Of a DNA stretch of 64,000 bases, positions 50,397-64,000 are shown piece after piece (position 1 is the first letter of the stretch; each line of letters starts with the position of its first letter). A model generated the notes under the pieces. It was given only the letters and a program-made list of their open reading frames with translations. It searched no databases and had not been told where the DNA came from. Made by a program: the position numbers and the translations under genes. The stretch comes from Neocallimastix sp. 'constans' (taxonomy: Eukaryota), in assembly GCA_050613775.1 (NCBI GenBank), contig JBODTK010000012.1, positions 186,001 through 250,000 on the forward strand, in the 5' to 3' direction.

Positions 50397-53300
50397 ATCC
50401 TAAATAATGAAGAAATTAAAGAACTAATAAAGTTAAGATATGATCCAGATAATGATGGAGATTTATCTATATTCATATCTGATATGAATTTAAAATTCAA
50501 GGAATTAGAAAATCTTAAAGAAAAATTAGAATATCAAAATAAATTTAATTATTTATATAGTGCTATTCAAGAAGATTTAGCTATAAAATCAAATATCTTG
50601 AGTTGTGAACCTAACTGGGAAGAAACAACTTTACATCTAATTAAAGTTTCTCAACAATTAAAGAGCATACAAGAAATTATTATTAAAAAGGAAGAAAGAA
50701 CCTCTACTTCACTAAATGTTAAAACAAAAATTAACTCCAATAATATTTGTGGCAATCAAAATAATAATAATAAAACGCGTAATAATTATAATCAAAATCA
50801 AAAAGGTAATTATTACAGTCAAAATCAGAAAAGAAATACCTATTATGATAATAATAAATCAAGAAATTATAATAATAATAATCAACAAAATAAGTTAAAT
50901 AAAAATAATATTAAATGTTGGAATTGTGGAAGGTTTGGTCATTTTTCTGATGAATGCAGATTTAAAGATAATAGTTAAAAAATAATAATAAAAGAAATAA
51001 GAATCAACAAAAACGAAATAACTACAATAGAGGGAGGCACCATATAAACAAAATACAATGTAAAAATGCCGAAGTAAATAACGTAAATGAAAATTATATT
51101 GATAAACACGAAGAATATTTCTTCGAAGATTATAATGATTCTTATAATTTTGAATCGAATAATATTTTTGGCAATTATTCAAAAAACCTTTTGCCAATGC
51201 AAAAATTAAAATATTACACGTGCAGTAATTCATCAGAAGATAAGAAAAACAATAAAAATGATAAAAACAAATTGAACGTGTGGACACTTGATTCCTGAAC
51301 TACCTACCATATGACTGGAGATTTAGAATGTCTATCCAATATAACAAAGTTTAATAAAAGAATATATTTCGCAAATGGAAAAAATGTAAAATCAAAATTT
51401 ATAGGAACATATAAAGGATACATTAATGATAATAAAATAAATTTAAAAAATGTCTTATATATACCTGTATTCAAGAGGAATTTAATATCAATAGACTGTC
51501 TTAGTGATCAATATTTCAAAACAATTTTTCAAAAGATTAACAATAAAAATAATGTAACTATTTACAACAAAAACAATAATAAAATATACAGTACCAGTGT
51601 TAATGAATCCAGGACTTACACTATATGGACCTCTAAAAGAAAAATTGAATTTACAAATGACTTACTATGTAATAATATTTCTTCTGAATCTGAAAAAGAT
51701 GATATTATGAATACATAGCATCGGAAATTAGGTCACTTTAATATTAATAGTTTAAAAAATATTTTATCAAAAATTGAAAATAAAAGCAAATGTAAAATAT
51801 GTGCCCACTCCAAATTAAAAAATTTTCCGTTCCATACTAATAAAAGAAGAGCTTCTGAGCCATTTGAGAGTGTCCATATGGATACAGTCTCCCTGAAGCA
51901 AAGTTCACTTTATGGAAATAAATGTTTTTTAACTATTCTGGATGACTATTCTAGATACGGATGGGTCATCTTTTGTAAATCTAAGAGTGAAGTTTTTAAT
52001 ATTTTTCTAAATTGGTATAATAGAGTTAAAAATATTTTTAATAAAACTATAAAATATTTACATTCGAATAATGGAACCGAATTTATAAATAGTAAATTTA
52101 ATGAATTTTGTAATATGAACGGTATTATTTTTGAACATACTATTCTTAACAACCCGCAACAAAATGGTAGAGTTGAATGTCTTCATGGAACTTTATTACC
52201 TAGTGCTAGAGCAATGTTAGAAGACGCTCATTTAAATCATGTGTTTTGGGAGGACGCTATTACTATAGCTAATTATATACATAATAGAATCCCCCATAAA
52301 GGTAATAATAATAATATTCCTTACGAACTTTTATATAATGAAAAAGTGGACTTAAAAAATTTAAAGTTTTTGGATGTCAGGTTTTCTATTACGTTCCTAA
52401 ACAATTCCGTAAAAAATTGTCAAACTTTGCTCTTCCAGGTAGTCTTATCGATTATAATCAAAATCCCTCTGCTTACAAAATATACGATATTACTAATAAT
52501 AAAGTTATCCTTTCCCGTTCGGTTGTCTTTTTTGAGGATACTCCGGGTAATTGTAACTCTCCTTCTATTCCTGAATTTATAAATTTTATTCCATATTATG
52601 AAATCGGGGGAGACAGTAATGATGATGACTTTGACTTTCATTTAAATACTGATAATACTGATAATACTGATAATAACATTAATAATAACATTAATAATGA
52701 CAATAATAATATTAATAATATTAATAACGATAATGATACTAATAATTATAATAATAATAATAATAATATGAATGCTAATAATAATAATGATTAAGTAACA
52801 CAAATAATAATATAAATAATTTTATAAATGAAAATAATAATAATATAAATAATTTAAATAATTTACCATATTACTATAATAGTAATATAAATTATTATGA
52901 TCCTTCTATTTATGGTAAAATTTTTTATGGCCAATATAATTATAATATTCCAAATTATTATTTGCCATATTATAATTATAATAATTTAAAACAAAATTTT
53001 TCTTCTCCTGTTTTAAATTATCCTCATTTAAATTTTCAAAGTGGCCATTTAAATAATTTAAATGTAAATTTTGAAAATGATAATAATTTAAAGGATTATA
53101 ATAATAATAATTTATTTTCTGAAAATGATAAAATTAAAAATAATAATTTAATTAATAATAATAATTCTAATTTAAACATAAACAATGAAAATTTAAATTT
53201 AAATTTAAAATTTAAAAATAATCAAAATAAAATTCAGGAACATACAATAAACAGTTCAGGAAATAATACCAATTTAAATAAAAATCAGGAAAAATTAAAT

Positions 53301-54445
53301 AACATTGATAATAATAATAATATTATTATTAATAATAAAGGTAATTATTTTGAATAAAAAAATTTAATTTAAGATAATTTAAATAAAGTAAATAATAATT
53401 TAAGAAATGTAAACAAAGAATTAAATTTAAATAACAAAAATGTAAGGAGTTAAATTTTAATAATAATGGGAATAAAATTAATAATTATAATAGTAAAAAT
53501 GACGAAATTGTAAGTGAAAATACAAATTTGCATAATGAAATTAACTCTGTAAATGAACAATTAAATTCAAAATTAAAAAATAATTTAAATTCAAATAAAC
53601 AATTAAATGTAAACAAATATTTAAATTCAAAAATTGAAAATTCCGAAAACAAAAATTTTAATAAACTTAATGCTGCTAAAAGAAAATTTAATGGAGAAAT
53701 TGAAAATGAAAATGATATTAGTAAAAAAATAAAAAATTTAGCTAATTTTGAATTATTTTCATGTAATAAAGAAATATTAAAACCTCCTTTAAGTTTTAAA
53801 GAAATTTATGGACTACCTGATGAAGAATTATGGCTAAAGGCTGTGGAGAACGAATTAAATAATATGAAAAATAAAAAAGTATATAAATGTGTCCCTTATA
53901 TTCCAAAAGATAAGAATGTAATATCCTGTAGATGGGTATTTACATATAAATAAATAAATAAATATAAAGCTAGATTAGTTGCAAGAGGTTTTTCACAAAT
54001 ACTAGGTATAGATTATAGAGAAACCTTTTCGCCAACATTAAAACAAGACTCATTAAGAATAATAACAACTTTAGCTGTTTATTACAATTTTAATATTTAT
54101 CAATTAGATATAAAGGCTGCTTACTTAAATGCCGATTTAGAAGAAGAACTATACATGGATATTCCACAAGGTGATAAAAATTATAATAATAGATTCTGGA
54201 AATTAAATAAAGCTATATATGGACTTATACAGGCAGGTAGAATGTGGAGTTTTAAAATTAACGATACATTACTAGAATTAGGATTTAATAGATGTAAAAG
54301 TGAACCTTGCGTATATATAAAAAAGGATAGAAATAATAATATTATATGTATTTTAGCTATTTATGTATATGATATTTTAATAGCTGGTAAAAATAAAGAA
54401 ATAAATAAAATTAGAGAAAGAATTAAAAATAAATTTGAATTATTT
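50397..54445 (+). pseudogene. Degenerate Ty1/Copia element 4 (gag, protease, integrase, partial RT), truncated at both ends
   Basis: CWNCGRFGHFSDEC; WTLDS*TTYHMTG; LDDYSRYGW, SNNGTEF, PQQNGRVE; CRWVF, KARLVARG, LDIKAAYLN, AIYGLIQAG. Confidence 0.9.
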
Positions 54446-54449
54446 AATA

Positions 54450-54545
54450 TTTCTAGTGTTTTAGCACTCTACTTTCTACTGTTTTTGGACTCTACTTTCT
54501 ACTGCTTTGGGACTCTACTTTCTAGTGTTTTAGGACTCTACGGTT
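54450..54545. repeat. About four copies of a 22-bp tandem repeat (GGACTCTACTTTCTA.TG.TTT)
   Basis: Visible directly; marks the junction to the next element. Confidence 0.7.
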
Positions 54546-54999
54546 TCTGGCTTCTATTGTGGACTTTTATTATTTTTAGGCATTGTTAACTTTAATCATT
54601 GATTTTGGGCTCTTATTATTTTAATTTCTACCATCCAGGTTGGAATATTAATAATAATTAAATTATTCTATATTTTTCATTTTACTAGTTTGACACCTTT
54701 ACAAGTGGATAGAGTCTGAGTAATTACGATATTAAATATAGAAATAATAATAATTTGTATTATTAATAATAAAAGGTCAAAAAAAAAAATAAATATATAT
54801 ATATATATCAGTATATGAACATTTCACATATGTACTTTGGATAAATATAGTAAATAAATTCTAATAGATAAAAACATAATAATTTGAAGTAAATCACATA
54901 AGTGCATATATAAATTAATTATTAGCATTAACAATCTGGAAGAACTAAATCACATATTTCAAAACCTTAACCTTGATGATAACATGGAGGGTCATTACC

Positions 55000-55756
55000 T
55001 GTAAAAAGTTTAGAAGAAACTGATTACAAATAACAAAATACACAAAATAGTTTAAAACACGTAATAAAAAATTCCTTTTTTAGTAATTAATCTTTTATTA
55101 ATTTTAAAAATAAATCTCTTATTGTTATTAACTATTTGATAGTCAATAACTAATACATCGATTGAAATAATGAATTTTACATGTATTTATATTTTTTCAT
55201 GATTATATTTTAATATATCAAACCTATTTAATATACATATATTACTATTTATTTATAAACAAAATATTTATTAATAATTTTATTAAATAATAATTAACTA
55301 AAACTAAACAATAATTAATTCAATAAACTTTCAACTTATTTACAATAATAATTGAATTCAATAAGAACTCATTTATTATTTATTTATTATTTAAATATTA
55401 TTAATACTAATGTTTATATATTTACAATTCAAAACTATTTTTATAAACTATTTAAACTAATTTTAACTATTTAAAACTATTCCGAAATTAATTTTAAAGT
55501 ATTTTAAACTAACTAAACTAAATTAACCAACTTAAATAAAATAACTAAATTAAATAAACTAAATTAACTAAATTAAATAAATTACTTAGATTAAATTTAT
55601 TACCCAAAATTATTTAAATAATAATTTATCCTTTATGAAAAGTTTACAAAAATTTATAATTAATTTTCATATACGTAAATCATAAATTTATGTAATTTTA
55701 TTACATTAATTAATTATTATATAATTAATAATTAAAGATTTTATTAAATCTTTACA
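55000..55756. mobile_element. Probable solo LTR inserted near the start of a Gypsy gag
   Basis: TGTAAA...TTTACA ends; shares a 310-bp block with 49015-49320; flanks match only partly (TTACC/ACACC). Confidence 0.55.
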
Positions 55757-58352
55757 ACACCAAATTCAACAACCACACCAACAACAGAACCCCCCGCAAC
55801 ACAACTGAAAATTATAAACGATCCACCTTTATTATCTGGATCTATCAAGGATCTTGAATCCTCATAGATTCCCCGATGATAGGAGAAGAGTAATTTTTGT
55901 AATTTCCAATTTACGGGAAAAGCTTTAAATTGGGCTTCATGCCTTAGAAGAAATAATAATCCTGTTTTGGGGAATTATGGAAATTTAATTGCCAAACTAC
56001 GTAGAAATTTCGGAGACCCTGATGTAGAATCTGTTGTTGCTAACGGAAAATTATGTAATATACGCCAGTTTAAATATGGACATGTAGTAGAGTATATCTC
56101 CGAGTTCCAAAAAATTAGTCAATATTCTGACTTTAATGAATCGGTCAAGATATACATGTTTATAAAAGGGTTCCATTACAGAATGAGAGAAAAACTTGCA
56201 ATTGTTAATCCGAACTCAAGCAATATGGAAAACCTATTTAGAGAAGCCGTAATGATTGAAAATTTGACAAAAAGAAAAGATGGTAGAGAATATTACCTCA
56301 CTCATCAAGACAGAAGGAATTAAAAATAAGATCACCCCATGGATGTCGATCTTCACCGAATTAAAAAGGGTCAAACTGCTACTAGATACTTCCCCTCTCA
56401 CAACAAAAATTATAATGAACAAAATAATCCTTTGTAGGGAAGAACAAAAAAGAAAGGTCTTATGCTTTGTTTGTGGTAAGGCTGGGCATATGCAGTTTAA
56501 TTGCCCTATCAAGAAAAGACCATAAAATATAAAACTCATCAATAGAACATCGGATACAGAAGCAGATACAACTTTTTCCTTTACCTCAACTTCCTCTGTC
56601 AGAAGAATTAAATTAATTGATGATAATGATAGCATTAATAGAATTTTGTAAATTATTGAATTTGAGAATAACAGCTTTAAAGGAAAAACTAATATCCTTG
56701 ATTTCTATATCAAGACTAATGATTCTGAAGAAGAAATAGTGAAAGTTCTTATTGATTCTGGTTCTGATATTAATTGTATTCACCCAGAATTTGCAAGAGT
56801 TAATAATATAAAACTTATGAAGGCCGAAAATCCTTTCAAACTTGCTGGTCTAGGATATGGTTTATCTGTTTATCTACAGTCAAAAAGATAACTGAAAAAT
56901 GTATACTCCGTTTCAAGAACCATTTTGAGATCATCCAGTTATATGCCCTTCGTATTCCTGATGTCGATATCATTTTAGGACTCCCTTGGATCGAAAAGCA
57001 TTGTCTAATAAACTACCATGAATCAAAAAAAAAAAATTGCTTTCAGCTCTGGATTCTGCGCTAAACACTATAATGTTGGAAAAAGGAATAGAAAGAATAA
57101 GAAAAAACTAAACAAAGTTTCTATTAAATCAAAAGAACCAATTAATGAACCCAAAAACGATATGAATGAAAATTATAACAACAAACGTAAGTATTCCTTT
57201 GATGATGAATCTGACTCTGATTGTACTGAAGAAATTTCAATTAGAGGTCGCTATACTTGTGTATAAACTTGTTGTGAATCATTCGATCGAAAACAAAGGT
57301 GAAACTAACATTTTTATTATTAATTATGATAGTAATAGTAATAACTCCTCTATGTATGATAGAGATGACGAGATTGTTTAGTGATAGTAATAATATTAAT
57401 TTAGATAAATTATATACTATTTGCAATTTAAGTAATTCATGTAATAATATAGTTAATAAATGTAATAATAAAGTAAATAAAAATGATGATGTAACAAACT
57501 ATATTAAAACAAAAAAGTGTTTTAAAAAATTTGTGTAATATTTGTAAGTGTTTATATATTAATAATATTGAAAACGACTTAAATCAAAAAACTATTGGAG
57601 TACCTCCTATTTATAAAGACTTCATTGAAGTGCTTAATGAAAGAAATTGTAATATATATGACCACCTCATCGTGAATATGATTGTGAAATCAAGCTAAAG
57701 GATAATTCAAATTTATTTTATGGTCCTATATATCCTCTAACTGAAGCAGAACGAGATGAAGTAAAAAAGAATATAAAAGAAAATTTAGAAAAAGGTTTCA
57801 CTAGGAAATCTATGTCCCCTGCTGGTGCACTTGTACTATTTGTTAAAAAAAAAGATGGTTCATTGAGATTATGTGTTGATTATAGAAAGTTGAATTAAAT
57901 GACCATCCGTAATTCTTATCCTCTTCTCTTAATAAGTGAATTATTAGATGGAGTTGAAGGTGCAAAATATTTTACAAAGTTGGACTTAAAGTCTACTTAT
58001 AATTTGGTAAGAATTAAAGAAGGCGATGAGTACAAGACTGCATTTCGTACTCGATATGGTCATTTTGAATATTTAGTCATACCTTTTTGGCTTAAAAAAA
58101 TGCTCCAGCCACCTACCAGCATTTTATAAATGATGTTTTTAGAGATTACTTAGAAGATTTTATTATTTCTTACATAGATGTTATATTAATTTATTCGAAT
58201 AGTTTAGAGGAACATCATGAACACGTTAAAAAGGTACTTAAAAAATTATTAAAAAATAACTTGTACATTAAATTAGAGAAATGCGAATTCGATGCCACTA
58301 AAACCACTTTCCATGGTTACATATTATCAAAAGACGGTTTGAAAGTTGATCT
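55757..58352 (+). pseudogene. Degenerate chromovirus-like Gypsy gag-protease-RT, truncated
   Basis: YISEFQKIS...FIKG; CFVCGKAGHMQFNC; VLIDSGS...[48 protein letters not shown]. Confidence 0.9.
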
Positions 58353-58959
58353 GTAATACCTTGTATCTTGATCCAAAGTTTTAATTCAGTAGCCCAGGAC
58401 TTAAAATCTAAATTGTCCTTGCTAAGTTTCACAATATCTCTTAATTCTATTTTTAATTCCTTGAAGCTTAAAGTTGATTCCTTGGACATTTTTGTTTTTA
58501 ACTAATAATTTCTTGTTATAAATTAGTGAAGAGAATAAATACGTATAAACTTGGAGGTCCAACTTAAAAAAAAAATATAATTTAATAAGTAATTCAATAT
58601 CGAATCAATTTTAAAACAATATATTTTAGTAACTTTTGAAAATAATAATTTTATTTGCTTTCTTTAGTAGGTATAAGCTCGATAACTTAGTAGAAATTAT
58701 AAAGCTCGAAGTTCTTTTCGACCACTTTATTAAGAATGATTTTAAGTTCGAAATCTTTACAATAATATAATATAAACAATAAATTAATTAATTAAGATTG
58801 ATTTAAAATTATTTACAAGATTAAATTTAATTTATATCAAAATAAATTATTTTTATAATTAGGTTTAGGTCATCAAGAATATAGGAAAGTACAAATAACT
58901 AAAGAATAATTAATAATAATTTTATAACAAAATAAAGGTTATTGATTCATTCTTTACCA
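58353..58959 (-). mobile_element. Fragment: partial copy of the unit-B terminus (about 58780-58959) upstream of a gag-like ORF start at 58489
   Basis: Reverse complement TGGTAAAGAATGAATCAATAACC matches the unit B/B' end. MSKESTL...DFKSWATELKLW is gag-like. Confidence 0.5.
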
Positions 58960-59603
58960 AAAATGGGATGGTCCAAGGTTGTTATAAAATTATTCAATAA
59001 TTATAAATAAAACTAAAAATAATAAGAGTAAAAATAAATAAAAGAAAATTTTTGTTTTATTAAAAATCTTTATTAAAATTTATTTATTAAATTTTTTTTT
59101 TTTTTTTACATGAACAATATTTATTAATTCATAATTATTTTATTTCCTAAACTATCTTTTTTTATACTGTTAAAATTAATTAGAAATGGGAAAGCCATTT
59201 CTTATCTTTAATTCTTTTTAATAATAATTGTAATTTTTAAATTGTATCTAATAAATTTATATTTAGTATTTTCTAAAATATATATAAATTTATCCTAATT
59301 AATTATTAATGTAATATTAATATATTGAAAACATAATTTTATCAACTTTGCAGAACTTAATAATGTAGTTTAGTAATTATAACTTACTAAATGTTTCATT
59401 TATATGTAAAATAATATTAATTTTAAATTATATAATACAATTATTATATTTAATTCTTAAAAGTATAACATTATCGATTATAATAAACATATATTAATCA
59501 TATATAATTTTATTTTTTGTATTATTATATATTAGTAATATTATTTAGAAATTAATTTTTATTATTAATATAATGAATAACTATTGGTTAAAATTTTTCA
59601 GAA

Positions 59604-59675
59604 GGGGAATTAACTCAGCGGTAGAGCAATTAACTGCAGATAAATAGGTCTTCGATTCAAATACGGAATGCCCCT
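59604..59675 (+). tRNA. tRNA-Cys(GCA), probably a pseudogene
   Basis: 72-nt cloverleaf GGGGAAT...CTGCAGA...TTCAAAT...ATGCCCTA followed by an oligo(T). One mismatch in each of the four stems, and the B box G is changed to A. Confidence 0.75.
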
Positions 59676-59729
59676 ATTACTTTTTTTTATTTTTATTTTT
59701 TATTTTTTATTTTTTAATTATATATATAT

Positions 59730-59840
59730 ATATATATAAATTAATAGGACTCATATATACATATATAAATTAATAGGACTCATATATACATATATAAATT
59801 AAAAGGACTCATATATATATATATATAAATTAATAGGACT
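59730..59840. repeat. About four copies of a 31-bp tandem repeat (TATATAAATTAATAGGACTCATATATACA)
   Basis: Visible directly. Confidence 0.8.
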
Positions 59841-61581
59841 ACAAACTGCACTATTTCTTTGCCGTATTGATAGATATGGCGTTGGCACTCTTGGTAATGA
59901 AAGTGTTTCTTGCTAAACCTCTCAAAAAAAAAAAAAAAAAAGGATAACTCAAGAGAGCTACTGATAATCGGTATTGTATTTAGCAAGCTATTCCGAAAGC
60001 CCCCACAATATACGGAACAATAGACCCCTGTGAACTTTTTAAGGGTTGTTTCACTTGAATGCTTCCGTTCGCCCCAGTATCGAACTATAGCATATCTAAA
60101 ACTGAAATTCCACAAAGAAAAGACGGAATATATATAAATATATAACCTGTTTATGAAATTTCCATATTTTAAACTATTAGAATAAGAAGGAAATATGGAA
60201 AGATTTCTTACTTTATTGGCAAATAAAAATTAAAAAAGGTCATCGATAAAATCTAAAGATTTACCTCGACATGGAAAAAAGGAAGAGCATTCACTTTAGA
60301 AAGGATTAACATGGGAATTACAAAAGAAAACTGTCATTAATACACTTGATATAGGCAATTCTTTTTCCATCAACCCTTTGTGGACCTGGAAAAATAGTCC
60401 ATATCATTGAAGTTAAGATAAAAAAAAAGAATATATATAAAATGTTTCAAATAAAAAAATATTATAAAAAAAATTTAATAAAAATTTCTGATTTAAATAA
60501 AAAAAAAAATTTTTTTTTTTTTTTAACAGCAGCAAATAATTGTTTCATCTTTATTAATTAAATAGTTAATATAATACATGTAATAAAAATAAAATAAAAT
60601 AAGAAAAAATAAAATAATAAACAAAAAAGAAAAAAAAAACACACACACACACACAAAATAAAATATATAATGGTATAATGTAATCTAGTTTTATTTAATT
60701 AAGACTTCACATAAGCATCATAATACTGCAGTATAATAATTATTTTTAACTTCATAATGTAAATCGTAATTTTAAGAAACGAAATTATGACCAAGAAGGA
60801 AATTAAATATATATATTTATTATTTTAAGGAATGAATATATACTGTTGAAATATTTCAATATAAAAAGTAAAGAAATCAACTTGAATTTTTTTTTTTTTT
60901 TTTCATCATAATTCAAAATTATATAAAAATGATAGTATTCAGTTAATAATAAAATATGGGATAATTATTAAATAAAAATAAAATTTAAAAATAAAAATAA
61001 AAATAAAAATAAATAAAAAGTAATTAATAATAATATTACTATAATAAAATGTACTTTTAACAAAATTTATAAAATTTTTTTTTATTATATTATAATTTCA
61101 TTTTAATTACATTCTTTTTATTATCAACAACTTTATAAAGTTTAATAGGATAGTTAAGATTTTTTTTTTCTCATATAGTAATAAATCTTTTATAAGATAT
61201 TCTCATATAAATTGATTAATAATACTAATTACATTATATTATATATATTATTATAAAATATATTTAAATATATATATATATTTATTATATATAATAATTT
61301 TTTTTTTTTTCATTTTTAATTTTTTTTTCTTAATTTTTTCCTTTTATAAAATAATTATATCATACTTTATATATATAAATATTATACATATATAATTATA
61401 TATATGAATACTATAAAAATATATTTATATATATATAGGTTATAAGATTATACATATATATTTATTTTATATATATGAAGATTATATGTATATGAGGATT
61501 ATATATATATATATATTTATATATTTATATATAGTCTTTTAATAAACAAAAAAAAAAAAAAAATATTCAATTCTGTTAACC

Positions 61582-63865
61582 TTAATATATGGAACACTTC
61601 TTTTCTGGGTTCATTGGTGAATTTGATTTACATTTAAAAGCTTTTGCAAATTCTTTGGAATTACTAAGTGAACCGTTTACACGAACTTTACTAGGAGAAT
61701 GTGGATCTGTATGAACTTGATTATTAAGAAATTCTGGTCTAAATTTACCACACCAAGATTGTCCAAATGAAATAAAGAATAATTGATCTTTGGAATACTT
61801 TGTAAGATTTGGAAGAAGTTGATTATTATTATTTTCACTTTTCTTTTTACTTAAAGAAAGTTTATAGGCATCATAGCTACGAGCTAATCCTCCATTATCT
61901 GCAAGATTTTCTCCAAGTGTTAATTTTCCATTAATATTAAGTTTAATTCCATTAGCACCATCAATTGTATAGTTTCCATATTGTTCAATATAACATTGAG
62001 TTAATTTATTAAATTCTTCTGTAGTAGAATTTGTCCACCAATTTGATAATTTTCCATTTTTATCAAAATTTTTACCTTCATTATCGAAAGCATGAGTTAT
62101 TTCATGACCCATTATAGATCCAATTGCACCATAATTTATGTAACTTGGATTAGTAGAACTAAAAAATGGATCTTTTAAAATACCTGCTGGGAAACAAATC
62201 TCACCATTCATTGGTTGATAATAGGCATTTACAGTAAATGGAGTCATTTCCCATGTAGATTTATCTGTTGGTTTATTTATTTCCATTAAAAGCTTACTTA
62301 CTTCATGTTTAGATGAATTAATCATATTAGTAAAGAAATCATTATTTACAATTTCTAATCCTTTATACTTTTCATCAAGCTTTATTGGATCCATAATAAA
62401 ATCAGGATATCCAATTTTTTGATTTATGGCATCGACTTTTTCAATAGCTAATTTACTTGTTTGTTTATCGATCCATGACATTTTTGGTATTCTTTCTTTT
62501 AAAACCTCTCTAATATTTACCAAAAGATCTTCAGCCATTTTTCTACTATTATCATTAAATACTTCATCAATAAAAAATCTACCTAATGCCATACCCATAG
62601 AATTATCCACTATATTAACACAATATTCATATCTAGCTGGTTCAGATTCAACACCTATAAATTAATTTAATATTTTATAAAGTTATTATTTATAATTTAA
62701 ATCAATTCATTAAAAAAAATAATAATAATATAATTCTTTTCAAATTTTACCATTAAGAAGTTTATCCATAATTTTTAATGGTTCTTTAAATTCATCACTA
62801 ATATAATTACCATATGCATTAATTACTATCCTAAAATTAAATAAAAATATTATTTTATTATTTTTTTTTTTTTTTATTTTTTAATTATATTTAAATTAAT
62901 AAAATTTATCTAAATTAATTTAAATTTAAATATAAATTATTTTTAGAATTTTACCATTCTGCATAAGTAGCTAATGTTTCAACATCGGTTTCTTTTAGAA
63001 TATTATTTAAGCTTTCAAAATAGGATGGTCCATAAACAAGAATTTGAGAATTTTCATTTACAGTATTTTTCATATTAACTAATCCAAATATTGTTTCGAA
63101 ATATAAAGACCAGTTAATATATGGAAATTTTTCACTCAATGATTGGATATTAAAATTTTGAACTAAAGAAATATCATACATCTGTTCACTTTAAAATATT
63201 GAATTATTAATTTTTAATTAATAATCAAATTAATATATATAAAAAATATTAAATATTAAATATTAAATATTATAAACATATATTTATAAATAAAAATTTA
63301 CTTACGGTGGAATAGCAACATTTACTAATTTCTTTTCTAATTCAACAATAGAATTAGCTAATTTATCAAAATCTCTTGTATCACTTCCACCAAATAATTT
63401 AGTGAAAAAGTTTCCAGAATCTTGATTTTCATCATTGAGAATATTACTAAGCATTCCTTTTATAATTTCTTTATATTTAGTTACCGCTTCTTCTTTTTCA
63501 TAATATTCTTTACTTGGTAAACCCAATTTAGTTTGTTTAAGGAGAATTTCTTTATCAGTAGAATTCCATAAATCAGTCAAAGTATCAATATCAAAAAGAA
63601 TTGGAGCTTTATAAAGTCCTAGTTTAGAAACTAAAGTGGTCAATCCATTTACATCTTTATAGGTATCTTTATTTTTATAAATTTCTAATTGATTTAATAA
63701 ATCAACTAATGGCTTTTTGCCTTTAGATTTGATATTTTGTTCATCCATACAACTATTATATAAACTTTTTAATTGGTTGAAAGTTTTTTCATCTAAATTT
63801 TGTTGCTCCGATGTTGAATTATTAATTCCTTTATATTCTCTTTCAAGAATACTACGTGTAATATT
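61582..63865 (-). CDS. M13-family (neprilysin/ECE-like) zinc metallopeptidase. Exons 63865-63306, 63188-62955, 62830-62751 and 62654-61582; the 5' part lies outside the window.
   Basis: GT-AG introns that preserve frame. Motifs LGLPSKEYY, KIGYP, VNAYY, HEITH, GENLAD and DPHSP. Confidence 0.93.
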
Positions 63866-64000
63866 CTAAAAAAAAAAAAAAAAAAAAAAAATATTTAATT
63901 TTTTTATATATTATTAATTAATATTTATAAAGAGATAAAAATAAAATAAATAAGTTTAATATATAAAAAAAAAAAAAAAAAAAATACATTATTAATATTT

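Noticed and set aside
59955..59985. RNase P CR-V-like motif (ACAATACCGATTA, minus strand)
   Set aside because: No matching CR-I/P4 partner is visible upstream.

Overview
This is extremely AT-rich eukaryotic DNA with spliceosomal introns. It is most likely an anaerobic gut fungus (Neocallimastigomycota), inferred from a CotH kinase carrying fungal dockerin modules. Two host genes bound the window and both run off its edges: a secreted CotH-dockerin-CBM1 gene on the left and an M13 metallopeptidase on the right. Between them lies about 50 kb of LTR retrotransposons, nested five levels deep as resolved by target-site duplications (TSDs). Highlights: (1) a non-autonomous Copia-type element carries a secreted, lactococcin-972-like bacteriocin gene, pseudogenised in this copy; (2) an LTR family has a tRNA-type Pol III promoter in U3, and a stack of TG...CA units with 4-bp TSDs has inserted repeatedly within about 1 nt of the same site just upstream of it; (3) two Copia families have primer-binding sites (PBS) matching the anticodon arm of tRNA-Lys(CUU); (4) two chromovirus-type elements show Tf1-like self-priming, one nearly intact with a -1 frameshift signal; (5) a structured tRNA-derived SINE with encoded CCA, a T-tail and a 16-bp TSD. 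All calls were made by eye; no searches or folding programs were run.
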